NCBI GenBank assembly: GCA_045593385.1 | Contig: JAZNWP010000048.1 | Coordinates: forward strand, 1-55,211 | Direction: 5' to 3' | DNA length: 55,211 bases | From: Acutalibacteraceae bacterium | Lineage (GTDB): Bacteria > Bacillota > Clostridia > Oscillospirales > Acutalibacteraceae | Shown: positions 33,157 through 44,414 of the stretch, piece by piece | How positions within the stretch are numbered: position 1 is the stretch's first letter | Layout: every line of letters starts with the position of its first letter | Notes under the pieces: model-generated | The model's input: only the letters and a program-made list of their open reading frames with translations | What the model was told of the DNA's origin: nothing | The model's database searches: none | Position numbers and translations under genes: made by a program

Positions 33157-33936
33157 TTTATATCCAAATACATTGAATTCTTTTTCAATAGTATTTTTAA
33201 GATATTCGCACTAATATTCTAAACTAGCCCCTGATAAAGTTCCATCAGTGTATGGTAAATACCACTAACAAATACCATAATATTGACCACTGTATAAATA
33301 TGGTTCTATATTTAAAGTCTAACCTCCAACTTCTGCCATAATATTACCCATAATTCCAGCGCATACATAGTCATTCCAACCTAACTCTTTCATATACAAC
33401 CAAATATATGATGCCACCGGATATTCAGATTTTCTTTTTTGCCACAATTCTTCCTCATAATCTATTTCTTCTATTTCAGTAGTAGTTTCGATTATAATTG
33501 GTGTAGTTGTTTCTTCTATAGTTGTTGAAATTTCATTAAAAGTAGTCTTAATTGTGGTTTCTATTTCAGTTGTGCTTTCAACTGTTCCACAGACTTCTTC
33601 CTCAATTGTAGTTTCTACAATTTCAGATGTTATTTCTTTAACAACATTTTCAATTATCTCACAAGATTCTTCTTCAATAATGCTTTCTGTTGGTTTGTAG
33701 GCTATATATTTAACCTCATAAAAAATTTCAGTAGATTCTTCTACCATTCCTTCAGTAGTAGTTTCTAATAATGGTATAACTTTTTTTACAACTTTTTTAG
33801 ATGGGATGTTAATTTCTAATATAGTTGAATTAATTGTTTTATCAGTTATGGCTGATATGTTTTTTATAGATAGAGTAAAAAATAAACTGATTGATAAAAT
33901 AAGTGCTATAATAGCAGTTAGAATATTTTTTTTCAT
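33157..33936 (-). CDS. secreted protein with signal peptide, Thr/Glu-rich linker and a phage-tail-lysozyme-like (peptidoglycan hydrolase) C-terminal domain, 259 aa, 3 in-frame TAG
   Basis: N-terminus MKKNILTAIIALILSISLFFTLSIKNISA is signal-peptide-like. Repetitive TTEIETTIKTT linker. C-terminus VCAGIMGNIMAEVGG resembles the AxGIxGNxxxESG motif of tail-lysozyme domains. Track ORF 33319.. extended through TAG to TAA 33157-33159. Confidence 0.4.
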
Positions 33937-33975
33937 AATTACCTCCTAATATTTCTATCAGGCCGTCAATTATAT

Positions 33976-35766
33976 TTAGAAATAGTATTTTTGTTCTCCA
34001 ATAATTTCATAATCCTCAATAATAATCTGAGGTTCTACAATACCATTCCACTCGTTTCGTCCGCATGTGCCGACGATATTAATGGTTATACAACCGAGTT
34101 CAGAGTAAAACTTTTCATACTCTTCTTGTGACGACTTGAATTTGATTAAACTCGTGCCATTTGGCAAGGTTATCTTCAAGGTAGGACTCTTGTCTTTTGA
34201 CATTAAAGTAACATTAGAACTAGTTAATTTAATATTTTCAATAGCAACAAGAGGTTCTTCTACCCCTTGGCCCCATAAAGATTTTAATTCAGCAATTTTA
34301 ATAATATCTTTTCCATTAAAGTCATTACCAGCATATATGAAATCAACCTTATAACATGGGGTAAAGTCAAAATCTGCCAAAGAATCGTTAGAGTAGTTTA
34401 TAAAGGTATCAATATTTAAATCTTTGATTCCAACACCAAGCGCGTTTGCATGCCCTTCCGCATACATAACTAAGCCGCTTTCTTTTAAAAACTCTCTCAA
34501 GTTGTCAAATTTAGATTTATCGTATCCTCTTCCTGAACCCTCCCAAGAAATGTCTTGTAAAACAAGCCTTTCTCCTTTTGTTCCTAAACATTCTATCTCT
34601 TGGATGGTTTTATTTAATAACAAAACCGGGCGTTGATATTGAGACATTAACTGATTTGCGATTAAACCAGTTAAGTTCTTATCAGTCGCAAAAGTATCTA
34701 ATTTAACAACTAAAATTTTATTCTCCAACAAATTTTGTTCTTCTATTGTGCGTTCAATTATTTCCAAGGCTGCGTCTCTTGCTTTTGTTTGCCTATTTTT
34801 TATGTTCATGCAATTACGACAAGCCTATTCTACTCTCGTCTCTTGCTGACCCTTACATCCTCGTTTAGTTGATGGGATTAGTTCATATCCCCGATAGTCA
34901 AGCATGGACTCGAATAGCATGACCTTTTCTTCTTGCGTTCCCATTCGAATCGTGGCATTTACATAGGGAGCAATATAAAAAGCTATTCCAAAAGGAGTGA
35001 TACCATTTTTTAATTGATATTCCTGTCTTTCGACCATTCCTCTGAAATACGGATTGCGGATACTTTTCAAACCTTTGTTTATTAAATGCTTTGTTTCATA
35101 GTCTCGCAAATCCATCATGTCGGCCACCATACCCAGTGCGACCAAATCTAAATATTGATCTGCATAATCAACATCCAAAAGAGTATCTATGTAAGAACAG
35201 AATTTATATACCATTCCTACACCAGAAAGTGATTTTGTTGGATAATCACACATTTGATTATTGATAACACAGGCATGTTCAGATTCTTTATCTGTTTCAT
35301 GGTGGTCTATTACTAACACATCTACTCCTCTTTCCGCAAGTTCTTTATGAACTTCATAATCATTTGAGCTTGAGTCGGGAGCAATTACTAGCTTAACATT
35401 GGTTGGAATGGTGTTAAGTAGTATTCCGTGTTCCTTCCCTGTATGGATACGATATAAAATGTTATTCTGCACAAAACCAGGGAAGAGACAATTTAAGTAG
35501 TTTATTAACGTTGCGGCAGATGTGTATCCATCGCAGTCGCTATCAATCTACACTAGAACTTTGTCGTTTTGTGAGATATGTTTGATAAGCATTTTTGCGC
35601 CCTTTTTAATATTTTTAATTAAAAGAGGATCTACAATATCCTTATTAGTTGTATTTAAATAGTGTTCTACATTTTCCGGGGCAATGCCTCGGTTGGCAAG
35701 CACCTGTTCGACCGCTGTCAACACTTTATTAGGCGGGAACTGTGGTGCAATAAGTTGATATTCCAT
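33976..35766 (-). CDS. recJ: DHH-family phosphoesterase, RecJ-like ssDNA exonuclease, 596 aa, 2 in-frame TAG; merges track ORFs 35548..35766, 34825..35472 and 33976..34809
   Basis: All three ORFs share one frame separated by TAG at 35548-50 and 34825-27. DHH motifs KVLV-TAG-IDSDCDGYTSAA and VLVIDHHETD. SD aaggagg before ATG 35766. Confidence 0.7.
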
Positions 35767-35819
35767 AAGAAATTCAACCTCCTTTCATGTAGATCACCAC
35801 CAACTTTATATTTGAAAAT

Positions 35820-36182
35820 TTATTCAATATATTTACTTCCTTTCGACCAATCAGGATGCCAATATCGAATATTATTTGGATAATAAGTTGCATAAGTTTG
35901 AGGACGAATTATATTATTATAAACTTCTAAGGTAATTCTAGTATCTACTATAGAAAAATCTGCTCTGTGACCTCTACTACAATCACCAGCTCTTCTAACT
36001 TTCCAAGAATCTATTATACCATCATCATTTTCGAAAAGTGCATTAGAACCATCCCTGCAGATTCTAACGTTCTAAGCTTCAATACCTTTCTTTTGATATT
36101 CCTAAACTATCTATTCAAAAAACTTATTTCCGTCTTCAATTTTTTCAGTCCAAATTATATATCTTCTATACCTTTTTTTCAT
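35820..36182 (-). CDS. hypothetical protein, 120 aa, 3 in-frame TAG
   Basis: Not in the track. ATG 36182 overlaps the primase TGA (ATGA). Frame is open through 3 TAG to TAA 35820-35822. Confidence 0.4.
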
Positions 36183-37279
36183 AAAATTATCCTTTCTTTA
36201 AATAATTGCAAAAATTTTTCTGGACCTTCATCAATTGGACTTGATTTATATCCAGTTATCATATTCTTATCAAAAATAAAAGAAATAGTTGCTGAATTTT
36301 TATATTTATTTCTTAATTTAATAAGATTCGTTTTTAATCTTTTAAACTCTTCATCACCAATTGCTTCAAACTGTCTATCAAACGCAATTACAATTTCTTC
36401 TACGCCTAAATCCAAAAGCATTTGTATTTGATACGCTGATATACTAAAACCGCAACAAGCAACTGAAATATCGTTATCCAAGCCAAAATATGATTTATAT
36501 AATAAAGTTGATTTTTCTGATTCAAAAACAATAACTTTTTTCATAATTTTAATATTATCTTTACTAAAATTAAGATTATATAAATTCATACCAAGAGGAT
36601 GATTATATAGTTCTTTATTAATTTTTAAAGGTCTATATTTACCAAAAAGCTTTCCCTCTTCTTCACACATTGTGCGGCCGCGCAGTCCTACGAACCTACC
36701 AGTCGAGTCAAAATGCGGAATTGTAATTTGGTCTCCTCCTGGATAAAACCCGATTCGTGCCTGATTCATCGCCTCTTGTGAAATTCCTTCATCTAACCAA
36801 GGTCTTATTTTTACACCATAGTTAAATCTATTTAAAATTTCATCATCATATTCTTTCAATATAATATTGCTTTCTTTTAAGGTAATTTCTTGAATTCTTT
36901 CATAATTAGTGAGATATTTCCAATCTTCCAGTTTCTCATCTGGATTTTCTGCGTATTCACCAGATAATCCGAACCGCTGAGCAACCCAGCGCACGGCATC
37001 ATTTAAATCGAATTCTTTTCCCCATTGAATCTTTGCTACTTTAATAACCAACTGAAATGGATCAAAATATTCATCGCAACCAGTGAAGCATTTAAACAGT
37101 CCTGTATTTTCATAATAATATAATTTCTTACTTCCTTCTCCTGGAGGATTGTGGCAGATAGTCGCGGAGATAAGCCCAAATGCTGCCGCATTGGGCTCAC
37201 CACCAAATTCATATAATAAATCAAAAATATTTTCAGTTGTCAAAGATTCTCTAATTTTTAATTTATCAAATGTTATCAT
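36179..37279 (-). CDS. dnaG: DnaG-type DNA primase (zinc-binding plus TOPRIM), 366 aa, no TAG
   Basis: CHC2 zinc finger CHNPPGEGSKKLYYYENTGLFKCFTGC. TOPRIM VIVFESEKS / DxD region. Confidence 0.8.
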   Translation of the reverse strand: MITFDKLKIRESLTTENIFDLLYEFGGEPNAAAFGLISATICHNPPGEGSKKLYYYENTGLFKCFTGCDEYFDPFQLVIKVAKIQWGKEFDLNDAVRWVAQRFGLSGEYAENPDEKLEDWKYLTNYERIQEITLKESNIILKEYDDEILNRFNYGVKIRPWLDEGISQEAMNQARIGFYPGGDQITIPHFDSTGRFVGLRGRTMCEEEGKLFGKYRPLKINKELYNHPLGMNLYNLNFSKDNIKIMKKVIVFESEKSTLLYKSYFGLDNDISVACCGFSISAYQIQMLLDLGVEEIVIAFDRQFEAIGDEEFKRLKTNLIKLRNKYKNSATISFIFDKNMITGYKSSPIDEGPEKFLQLFKERIIL

Positions 37280-37283
37280 TACA

Positions 37284-37520
37284 TTATAGACCTACTATTA
37301 CTTTAGTACAATATCCTTTTAAACCAAGAAATTGATTTACATAATCACACAATGCTTGTTGTGGATTTTTTCCTTTATTTTGATTAACAATTAAATCTGC
37401 TAAAGTTTGAGTCATTTTATACTCAAACAATCCGCTATGAAATTCAGGTGGTTCAACAACAGATTCTTTATTACTACCATAATCTCTTACCTTGTTCTTT
37501 TTTTCATACATTTTAGTCAT
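37284..37520 (-). CDS. small hypothetical protein, about 78 aa
   Basis: Track ORF 37284..37652 overlaps the helicase 3' end. Internal ATG 37520 with SD aaggag is the likelier start. Confidence 0.3.
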   Translation of the reverse strand: MTKMYEKKNKVRDYGSNKESVVEPPEFHSGLFEYKMTQTLADLIVNQNKGKNPQQALCDYVNQFLGLKGYCTKVIVGL

Positions 37521-37596
37521 ATTATTTATCTCCTTCTTATCTACAATTCCAAAATCGGAATCGTGTAATAAATTTAACTTACTTCTAAGCCCTCGC

Positions 37597-39144
37597 TCAA
37601 TCTTCACATTCGAAGGCTGATTCTTCGTCAATTCTAATTCTAACATCATCAATACTTACCATTTCATAATCATATGTCGTGCAGAACATCGGTTGAATTC
37701 TACAACAACCTAAATCTGCTTTACACCATAAGATTACTCCTTTATACCGTCCTCGTCTATTTTTATAAATAGACATTTTAATTGTTGGTCTTTCAAAAAT
37801 ATTAGACGATAATATATTTTCAAGAGCTACTAAGTCATCGTCTTTTACCGAGAGTAAAATCGCCCCATAGTCTATTTTATCGGCAATCGCCTTCGCACCA
37901 CGAAGAAGATTTTGATCAGGAACATCTGCATCTACATATGAGCCATTCAACTGCGTTGCTGACATAATAAATACTCCGTGTTGATTACATATGTCTTTTA
38001 ATCGAGTAGATAACATAAACAAGATATTATCTTCTCTTAATTTAATACCTCCAGAACGACGAGTAATTTCTTCAAGAATCTTCAAGCTTGTATGTATATA
38101 GTCATGAAAAACATACTTTACATCATGTTCTCGAATATTTTTCTTTATCTTATCTTCAACATCTTTTAATGAAAAGTCTGGTAATTCTTCAACATAGATT
38201 GGACTATCTTTTAATAAATTAGCCGCATAAATAACTCTTTCTTCTTCATCACCCTCGTATGAACCATTCAGAATCTTTTCTTCATTAACATTTGATAAAA
38301 ATGCTAACATCATAGTTTGAATTTCTTCAAGTTCCTGTTCTGTTGTAATAAATAAAACAGGCTCTGCGGCGCCACTTCCAATCCAACCAAAAGTATCATC
38401 ATATAGTTTATTACAACCAATATAACAGCAGTCGGCAATCATCGAGCGCGTCTTTCCGATACCAGTTGCGGCTGAGCGCAAATAAAACTTTTTTAATCTT
38501 GCTCCACGAGTTACTGTATTAATAAGCGGTCCGTATAAAGGAACTCCAACTTCTGGATGATCTTTAAATTTTTGAATTAAATCAAGAATTCCTTCTCCAG
38601 CTTGTTGAGCCTCACTAAATGTATCATCAACATATTGAAGTCTAATATTTTCGATTTTTGAATCTACCTTATCAGCAATGTCTTCCAAAGTTGAGTTATC
38701 TAATTGCTCTTCTTGATATTGTTTTTTCTTTGTGTCTAATATATTATCAACATCATAAATGTCTGATATATCAATTCCGCAATTATCATATGCTCTTAAT
38801 AAAGAAAATTTCTTTAATCTACCATAATAATAATCAAAAGCAGAACTAACACAGCTATCAGACACTTTCATTAGCCACTCTTCGCCTTTTCCTTCTTTAT
38901 AAATAGCTTCACTTTTAGGCTTTGTTGATAAGAAGTCTGAAATACTCTCTAAAGTAATTTTCTTTGCTCCTAATTCATATATTTTATAAATTGCTCCAAA
39001 AACTGTTTTATGAAACATATCTGGAAAATCTTCATCAACAATACTATATTTATCAGTAAAATCCAGAAGTTGGGGAGTATTATATACACATCCAATTACC
39101 TGCATAATACTTGTGGTATCTACATATTTAGATGCCATCCGCAT
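37597..39144 (-). CDS. dnaB: DnaB-family replicative DNA helicase, 515 aa, no TAG
   Basis: Walker A SAATGIGKT. DnaB N-terminal domain. RecA-like core with H3/H4 motifs. Confidence 0.85.
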   Translation of the reverse strand: MRMASKYVDTTSIMQVIGCVYNTPQLLDFTDKYSIVDEDFPDMFHKTVFGAIYKIYELGAKKITLESISDFLSTKPKSEAIYKEGKGEEWLMKVSDSCVSSAFDYYYGRLKKFSLLRAYDNCGIDISDIYDVDNILDTKKKQYQEEQLDNSTLEDIADKVDSKIENIRLQYVDDTFSEAQQAGEGILDLIQKFKDHPEVGVPLYGPLINTVTRGARLKKFYLRSAATGIGKTRSMIADCCYIGCNKLYDDTFGWIGSGAAEPVLFITTEQELEEIQTMMLAFLSNVNEEKILNGSYEGDEEERVIYAANLLKDSPIYVEELPDFSLKDVEDKIKKNIREHDVKYVFHDYIHTSLKILEEITRRSGGIKLREDNILFMLSTRLKDICNQHGVFIMSATQLNGSYVDADVPDQNLLRGAKAIADKIDYGAILLSVKDDDLVALENILSSNIFERPTIKMSIYKNRRGRYKGVILWCKADLGCCRIQPMFCTTYDYEMVSIDDVRIRIDEESAFECED

Positions 39145-39151
39145 TTACCTC

Positions 39152-39808
39152 CTAATCTTCATCTAGAAATGTAAATAATTCACGCTTTTTTACTTTTCTC
39201 TGCGGACGAGGAATTGAAATTTCTATTACTTTTGGTACATATAAATTAACTTCAATATCTTTATTCTTTTGTTGATTTAACCATAAATTATAGAAATAAT
39301 TATAAGCATCTTTATATACATAAGGTATAATTCCAATACCACCATTTGCTTTTTCTTTATCTCCATTTTTTATTTCATAAAAATAATATAATGCTTTTCT
39401 CATACCAGAATATGTAAAGTTATATTCTTCAACATATTTTTTAATTTGAGATTTCACTCTTGGTTCTATATAAGAAATTGAAAATAATTTTTTAATATAA
39501 TCTTCCAATTCTTCCTTATCAGTTTTTTCCCTATGCTCTTCAATTTCTTGACATTTTTTATGAGCATATTTGCCATTTGAAATCATTACACAATCTTCAT
39601 CTTTTTTATTTAATGGAGATTTACAATAAGCGCAAACCACATTGTCAGATGGATCAATAATTTCTTTTTTTACATAGTTTGGATCTTTTTCAGCCTCTCG
39701 CAACATACATGCAGCGTGCGCATATCGTCTCGCACTAACAAGCGCATATTCTTCCTTATCTCTATCAAATTTTATTTTACAATAAGGACATATTACAAAA
39801 TGACTCAA
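39152..39808 (-). CDS. zinc-finger protein (two CxxC...HxxC modules), 218 aa, replication-associated, unknown function
   Basis: CPYCKIKF...YAHAAC and CAYCKSP...YAHKKC. Lies in the primase/helicase operon. Confidence 0.45.
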   Translation of the reverse strand: MSHFVICPYCKIKFDRDKEEYALVSARRYAHAACMLREAEKDPNYVKKEIIDPSDNVVCAYCKSPLNKKDEDCVMISNGKYAHKKCQEIEEHREKTDKEELEDYIKKLFSISYIEPRVKSQIKKYVEEYNFTYSGMRKALYYFYEIKNGDKEKANGGIGIIPYVYKDAYNYFYNLWLNQQKNKDIEVNLYVPKVIEISIPRPQRKVKKRELFTFLDED

Positions 39809-39845
39809 TTCAAATCCACCTCTTTATTTTTTAATTTACATATAT

Positions 39846-39874
39846 ATTATACCAAAAAATAATAAAAAAATCAA
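39846..39874 (-). promoter_or_regulatory. promoter TTGATT-N17-TGGTATAAT (extended -10); copy 1 of a conserved ~45-bp element
   Basis: Reverse complement reads ttgatt tttttattattttttgg tataat. Shares the block atatatattataccaaaa..aaaaaaatcaagt with 42257-42305 and 54686-54724. Confidence 0.5.
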
Positions 39875-39905
39875 GTCAGAGCTTTATTTACTCCGACTTG
39901 ATAAA
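39871..39905 (-). terminator. terminator hairpin whose T-tract overlaps the -35 of the promoter at 39846-39874
   Basis: Minus-strand caagtcggag-taaataaag-ctctgacttg followed by atttttttatt. Confidence 0.4.
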
Positions 39906-39920
39906 GTTTTACATTAAATC

Positions 39921-40880
39921 CTACTTAATATCACTTATAATTAAATAAATAAACTCTGCTTGTTCAGGAGTGGTATCACTAACTTTTTTACCCTTTCCAA
40001 GATATTTCTCAACAATAGAGGTAATCTTAGGAGCGTTAGTAGTTCCACTACTCATTAGCTGACCAACTAAATCTTGAAATTCAGCCATAAGCATATCATA
40101 ATCATAAGTTGTTTCAGTAGGAGCTACAATTCTTTCAGTAGTTACAAACATATTATCAGTTTCAGCAGCTTCCTTGTCAATTGCTTCATTAATAGCATTT
40201 TCAAGATTTTTATAGCTCATAGTAATTTCATTAGGAATATACTTAAAGCGGCAACCGCATTCAACAACGCCAGAAGGATCTCTCAAAGTAAGAACAGACA
40301 TTTCATTTGCATTTTTCTGATGGGTATAACCATAAATATCTGCCATACCTGCAATAACAGTCTTCGTTGAATTGCTAAGACTTGGACGGATTTTTGTTGT
40401 CTTCGTTCCATCTGGATTATCAATCTGTTCAAGTTTATCATGTCCGATAAAGAATACAGCGTATCCTAATTGAGTTAGTCCACGGAAAATTTCATTGAAT
40501 TCATCTTTAAATTTAGTCCAACCTTTTCCATATCCCATATCGCCAAGGTCTTCAATACCATTTTGATTACAAATATATTTTTTACATCTATCTGCAGCAA
40601 TATCAATAGTATCTACTATGACTGCGCTAAAAGTGCTTTGAACTTCTGGCTTTTTAAGTTCTCTATAAACTTGTTTCATTTCTGCCCATGAGGTAATGTC
40701 TTGCGCCATTACCCCAGGGAGAGCATGATATCCAGGTTCAAAAGCAAGAAGAAGAGATTTTCCCATCTATGTTGCGAGAGTTGTTTTACCAGTTTTAGGT
40801 GCTCCATAGATATATGTAATATATCCGCTTAAATCACGAGATACTTTATGAGGCTGTATATTTAATAAATTAATAGCCAT
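39921..40880 (-). CDS. phage AAA_24/Sak4-like RecA-fold ATPase, 319 aa, 1 in-frame TAG
   Basis: Track ORF 39921..40766 extended upstream through TAG 40767-69 to ATG 40880 (SD aggagg). Walker A GAPKTGKTTLAT. Walker B VIVDTID. Confidence 0.5.
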
Positions 40881-40905
40881 TTTGATTTCCTCCTCTTGCG
40901 TTTAA

Positions 40906-41850
40906 TTAGAAATTAAATTCGCCTTGAGCTGTTGTAATTGTAGAAGAACCTGCTCCGCTAGCCTTAGATGCTTTATATTCATCTTGACGCTTTTTCATAG
41001 CAGCAAGGTCTACTTCTCTCTTCTGAATTGCTTCATTTAATTCAACAGCAGTAATAGAACTTTCATCATCCCAAAGATAAGGTTCTTTTGCAGCACCAGT
41101 AATTACGAAATCTTTGCGAGTACTCTTAATTTCACGAACTTCATCTTCTCCGAAAGCAGATTCAGTAGTTATAGTTCTAGTAACTACTTCGGATACCTGA
41201 CGACCCCAAACACAAGTGAAAACTGGTTCTTTTTGAGAAGCTCCAAGACCTTCAAAATAATCCATTGCATGAGGATTTGTAGCACTGAATTCTACAGGAA
41301 GAAGATCTTTACGGAAATTGAAAATTGCTCCTTTTACAATTACCTTTTCAGGAATCTTCTTTTCTTCATCAGCTTCTGTACGAGTTACACTATTGATAAG
41401 CATATCTGTCTTAAAGGTATTACGAACTTTTTCATCAGCATCAATTGCATCTACTTTATGAACAAATCCGCCTTCGTTTCTCTTAGCACTTACCAATTCT
41501 TCCTTACCATTTCTATCGGTATAAAATTCGTTAAGACCAATTGCTGAATCTACACGAAGCTTTACAGCTTTGTCAGCACCATCTTTCATATAAGTGCCAA
41601 ATGTTCCATTTATAATATTATTAAGAGTTGTATATGTGTCATTAGGTTTACCAGAACCAAAAGTGGCAGTTACATATGTGAAATGAACTGTGATAATATT
41701 TGTCATAGCATCATCAGTTGCAATGCCAATTGTTCCAGAAATAAACGGAGTACCAGGATTCTTTGAAGTTTCACCACTTACTTTTGATTCAAGAGCGTGT
41801 TCATAAAGTACTCCTTCGATGTGAGTTTGATTAATCATTGTTTTCTTCAT
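40906..41850 (-). CDS. hypothetical protein, 314 aa (possibly ssDNA-binding or recombination-associated)
   Basis: Intact ORF between the ATPase and regulator genes. C-terminal flexible Ser/Gly tail ending GEFNF. No confident family match. Confidence 0.3.
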   Translation of the reverse strand: MKKTMINQTHIEGVLYEHALESKVSGETSKNPGTPFISGTIGIATDDAMTNIITVHFTYVTATFGSGKPNDTYTTLNNIINGTFGTYMKDGADKAVKLRVDSAIGLNEFYTDRNGKEELVSAKRNEGGFVHKVDAIDADEKVRNTFKTDMLINSVTRTEADEEKKIPEKVIVKGAIFNFRKDLLPVEFSATNPHAMDYFEGLGASQKEPVFTCVWGRQVSEVVTRTITTESAFGEDEVREIKSTRKDFVITGAAKEPYLWDDESSITAVELNEAIQKREVDLAAMKKRQDEYKASKASGAGSSTITTAQGEFNF

Positions 41851-41873
41851 TTTTAATTTTCTCCTATTCTACT

Positions 41874-42236
41874 TTAATTTTCTTCAATATTAATATTTTT
41901 ACCTTTTTCTGTGATTGAATAAATTACTGGATCTTTGCTAACTTTTTCAACAAAACCATCTGATACAAGTTTTCTAATTGCGCCAGAGACAGTTCTTGAA
42001 CTAACAAATAAACCTTCTGCAATATCCTTTGCTTTCCACATTGGAGTTTCTGCATTTTCTTGTAAAAATTTCAGAATAAGTTTACCATTGTCAGTAAACA
42101 TCGGCTTTTCTGGTTCATCTTTGCCGCAAAATACTTCCCAATAAAGTCTTACATCTTCTGGCATATTATGAACTTGAACATCAGCTGCATCCATAATTTC
42201 TTCTACAAACTTAATAAATTCTTGTTTCTTACTCAT
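41874..42236 (-). CDS. winged-helix DNA-binding protein, 120 aa
   Basis: ETPMWKAKDIAEGLFVSSRTVSGAIRKLVSDGFVEK is an HTH plus wing. Confidence 0.5.
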   Translation of the reverse strand: MSKKQEFIKFVEEIMDAADVQVHNMPEDVRLYWEVFCGKDEPEKPMFTDNGKLILKFLQENAETPMWKAKDIAEGLFVSSRTVSGAIRKLVSDGFVEKVSKDPVIYSITEKGKNINIEEN

Positions 42237-42275
42237 TTTAAATTACTCACTTTCTTTTTTTTACCTTGTATATAT

Positions 42276-42304
42276 ATTATACCAAAATTAATTAAAAAAA
42301 TCAA
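42276..42304 (-). promoter_or_regulatory. promoter TTGATT-N17-TGGTATAAT; copy 2 of the conserved element
   Basis: Reverse complement reads ttgatt tttttaattaattttgg tataat. The -35 overlaps the folA stop codon. Confidence 0.5.
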
Positions 42305-42795
42305 GTTATTCTGTCATATTGCCAGAATTGAAACGAAAAATCTTTATAGTTTTCCAACTCTCCAAGAGCCATTGATTTCCATTGAGGATCTTTATCCAGG
42401 TTTGGAAAATATGTATCAACATTTTCATGTTTTTTATAAATTTTTGTTATATAAACTCGATTACAATAAGGAAGAAGTTCTTTGTAAATAATACCTCCAC
42501 CTATAATAAAAATTTCTTTTTTAGAAGTTTCTAACCAAGGAAGTAATTCTTCTAATGTCATATAAATAACTTGACTCGTTCCAGAAGGGGGATATTCTTT
42601 CCGTGTAATAATTACATTATTCCTATTTGAGAGAGGTTTTTTTGGTAAAGAATCCCAAGTTTTACTTCCCATTATTACTACATTATTAGTAGTGAGTTTT
42701 TTAAAATTTTTTAAGTCTGCGGGGATTGATTCTAACAAATTTCCATTGTATCCTATTCCCCAGTCTTCATTTACTGCTACTATTGCATTAATCAT
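42301..42795 (-). CDS. folA: dihydrofolate reductase, 164 aa, no TAG
   Basis: MINAIVAVNEDWGIGYNGNLLESIPADLKNFKKLT...VIMGSKTW is the canonical DHFR N-terminus. Ends TGA. Confidence 0.8.
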   Translation of the reverse strand: MINAIVAVNEDWGIGYNGNLLESIPADLKNFKKLTTNNVVIMGSKTWDSLPKKPLSNRNNVIITRKEYPPSGTSQVIYMTLEELLPWLETSKKEIFIIGGGIIYKELLPYCNRVYITKIYKKHENVDTYFPNLDKDPQWKSMALGELENYKDFSFQFWQYDRIT

Positions 42796-43022
42796 ATAAA
42801 TTTTCCCTCATTCCAATTTTTGGCTGCTTTAATTTTAGCATCAAAAAGAGAAATCTCTTGAGCAAACCAGAATCCTCCAGTATTCATAGTTTTCTTATGA
42901 CAATTTGGACATTCAAGCCATAAATGAGTATAATAGGGATTTGGTCTAATAAATTCTGGATAAAATCCACAATCACAGGCCTAAATACTTACTACTTCAT
43001 TTGAAATAATATAATCTTTCAT
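42792..43022 (-). CDS. small Cys-rich (Zn-binding) protein, 76 aa, 1 in-frame TAG
   Basis: ATG 43022 overlaps the thyA TGA. CDCG...CPNCH. TGA 42792-94 overlaps the folA ATG. Confidence 0.35.
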
Positions 43023-43888
43023 ATTCCTAACTCCAATTTTAATTGAGGTTTAATAGGATTATAATTTACCATAGAAAAATCATCAATAGTAAAATCATAA
43101 AAATTATTTTTATCTTCATTAAGAACTAGCATACTTTCTGGATACACTCCATTATAATAATCTTTTGCGTCAAGTTCTTTAAATCTTTTTAGCATTTCAT
43201 TTGCTTGTTCTATATGACGATCATAAATTTGTTCATTGGCAACAAAATGCGAAAATACTCCAGGCAAATAATTTGTATGACGAGCAATCATCATTAATAA
43301 AGCAGCATACTATGCTTCATTAATGCCGCCTGGACCAGAAGCAGTTAGCATATCACCACTGCGCTGAACAAGAACCATATCAAGATATTCTTTTCCGTTT
43401 TCATTGCGGACGTTCCATATTGTGAGGAATGCGCAAGGGGCTAATCCGGCCGTTTCAGCAAGGTCCGTTTCTTGCCAAAGGGATACTATTTTACGACGAC
43501 CATATGGATCAGTTTCAATATCTTTAATAAGTTTGTTAATTAAATCATAGCGACTAACCGTTGCCCCATATCTTTGTCCAATTGTGCCGTCTCCAATATC
43601 CCAATCGCCCCACCAATTAACTCCCATTTCTTCCATTTTAGTTATTTCATTGGTTGGCTTTTGATAAATGGTAAAGATTTCTTTTATTCCAGTTTTCCAA
43701 GCAATTGGACGATATTGACAAATTGGAAATTCTCCACGAGATAAGTCATAAGTTCTAAAAGTATGATTTATTGATTTAGTATGTGCGGGAGTGCCATCCG
43801 CATATTTTGGACGGGGATTCCGGTCCCAATAGCCATCCGCAAGTATTCTATCAATAATTTCTTTCATATAAATATCTGCTTTATTCAT
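43019..43888 (-). CDS. thyA: thymidylate synthase (B. subtilis ThyA-type), 289 aa, 1 in-frame TAG; merges track ORFs 43310..43888 and 43019..43294
   Basis: DGTPAHT, IAWKTGIKEIFTIYQ, DGTIGQRYG, catalytic LAPCAF, QRSGDM, C-terminal FYDFTIDDFSMVNY. TAG 43310-12 aligns with Gln of FNVFQYN in B. subtilis ThyA. Confidence 0.8.
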
Positions 43889-44177
43889 ATTTTATTTTAT
43901 CCTCCAATGATAAGGTATATCCTTTTAAATGTCCAAATAAAAAACTATTTACAAAAACTTCTAATTCATCAATGTAGATTTCTACATCTGGACTTTTGTG
44001 CCTATAATCAAATACGTCTTTATAACTTATAAATTCAATATTTGTAATTCCATAAGAATACGCTTTCTGTTTCATCGCAAATGGATTAATACAAGCAATA
44101 ACCGCACCAGTCTATTCAGCTAATTCCATTAATTTTCCAGTTTTCCCAGTTCCTTTATCATCAATTATTCTATGCAT
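43881..44177 (-). CDS. hypothetical protein, 98 aa, 1 in-frame TAG (P-loop-like GTGKTGK)
   Basis: Track ORF 43881..44075 extended upstream through TAG to ATG 44177. Confidence 0.35.
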
Positions 44178-44403
44178 TTTCACATTTCTCCTTGTATTCT
44201 TTTACGAATTGGGTTAAATTTTCTTGTAAAGATTTGCTAAAATCTTCAATATTATCCGCTTCAAAAATTCCATTTAATGAATATGAACCAACATAGTTAT
44301 TATAATTTTCACAAAATAATACTTGACTTATTTTTTGAATTTGGTCATTCGCTTCATTTTCATTTTTTGCTTCTTGAATTATTGCCGAAAAACTAAACAT
44401 CAT
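44161..44403 (-). CDS. hypothetical protein, 80 aa, 1 in-frame TAG near the C-terminus
   Basis: Track ORF ends at TAG 44170. True stop TGA 44161-63. Confidence 0.35.
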
Positions 44404-44414
44404 AATGGCTCTCC

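Noticed and set aside
35820-36182. VRR-NUC or HNH nuclease assignment for the 120-aa protein
   Set aside because: Only vague acidic/His-containing motifs (RAGDCSRGHRADFSI). No canonical catalytic signature could be aligned. Left as hypothetical.
43019-43888. TAG->Ser instead of Gln (TAG aligns to Ser of NIASY in E. coli-type ThyA and to Ser in E. coli NrdG FVSGC)
   Set aside because: This ThyA belongs to the B. subtilis ThyA subtype, where the aligned residue is Gln (FNVFQYN). PFL-AE-type activases have FFQGC. The Q/E-rich coiled coil of 44415..45425 also favours Gln. Ser not formally excluded without a tRNA.
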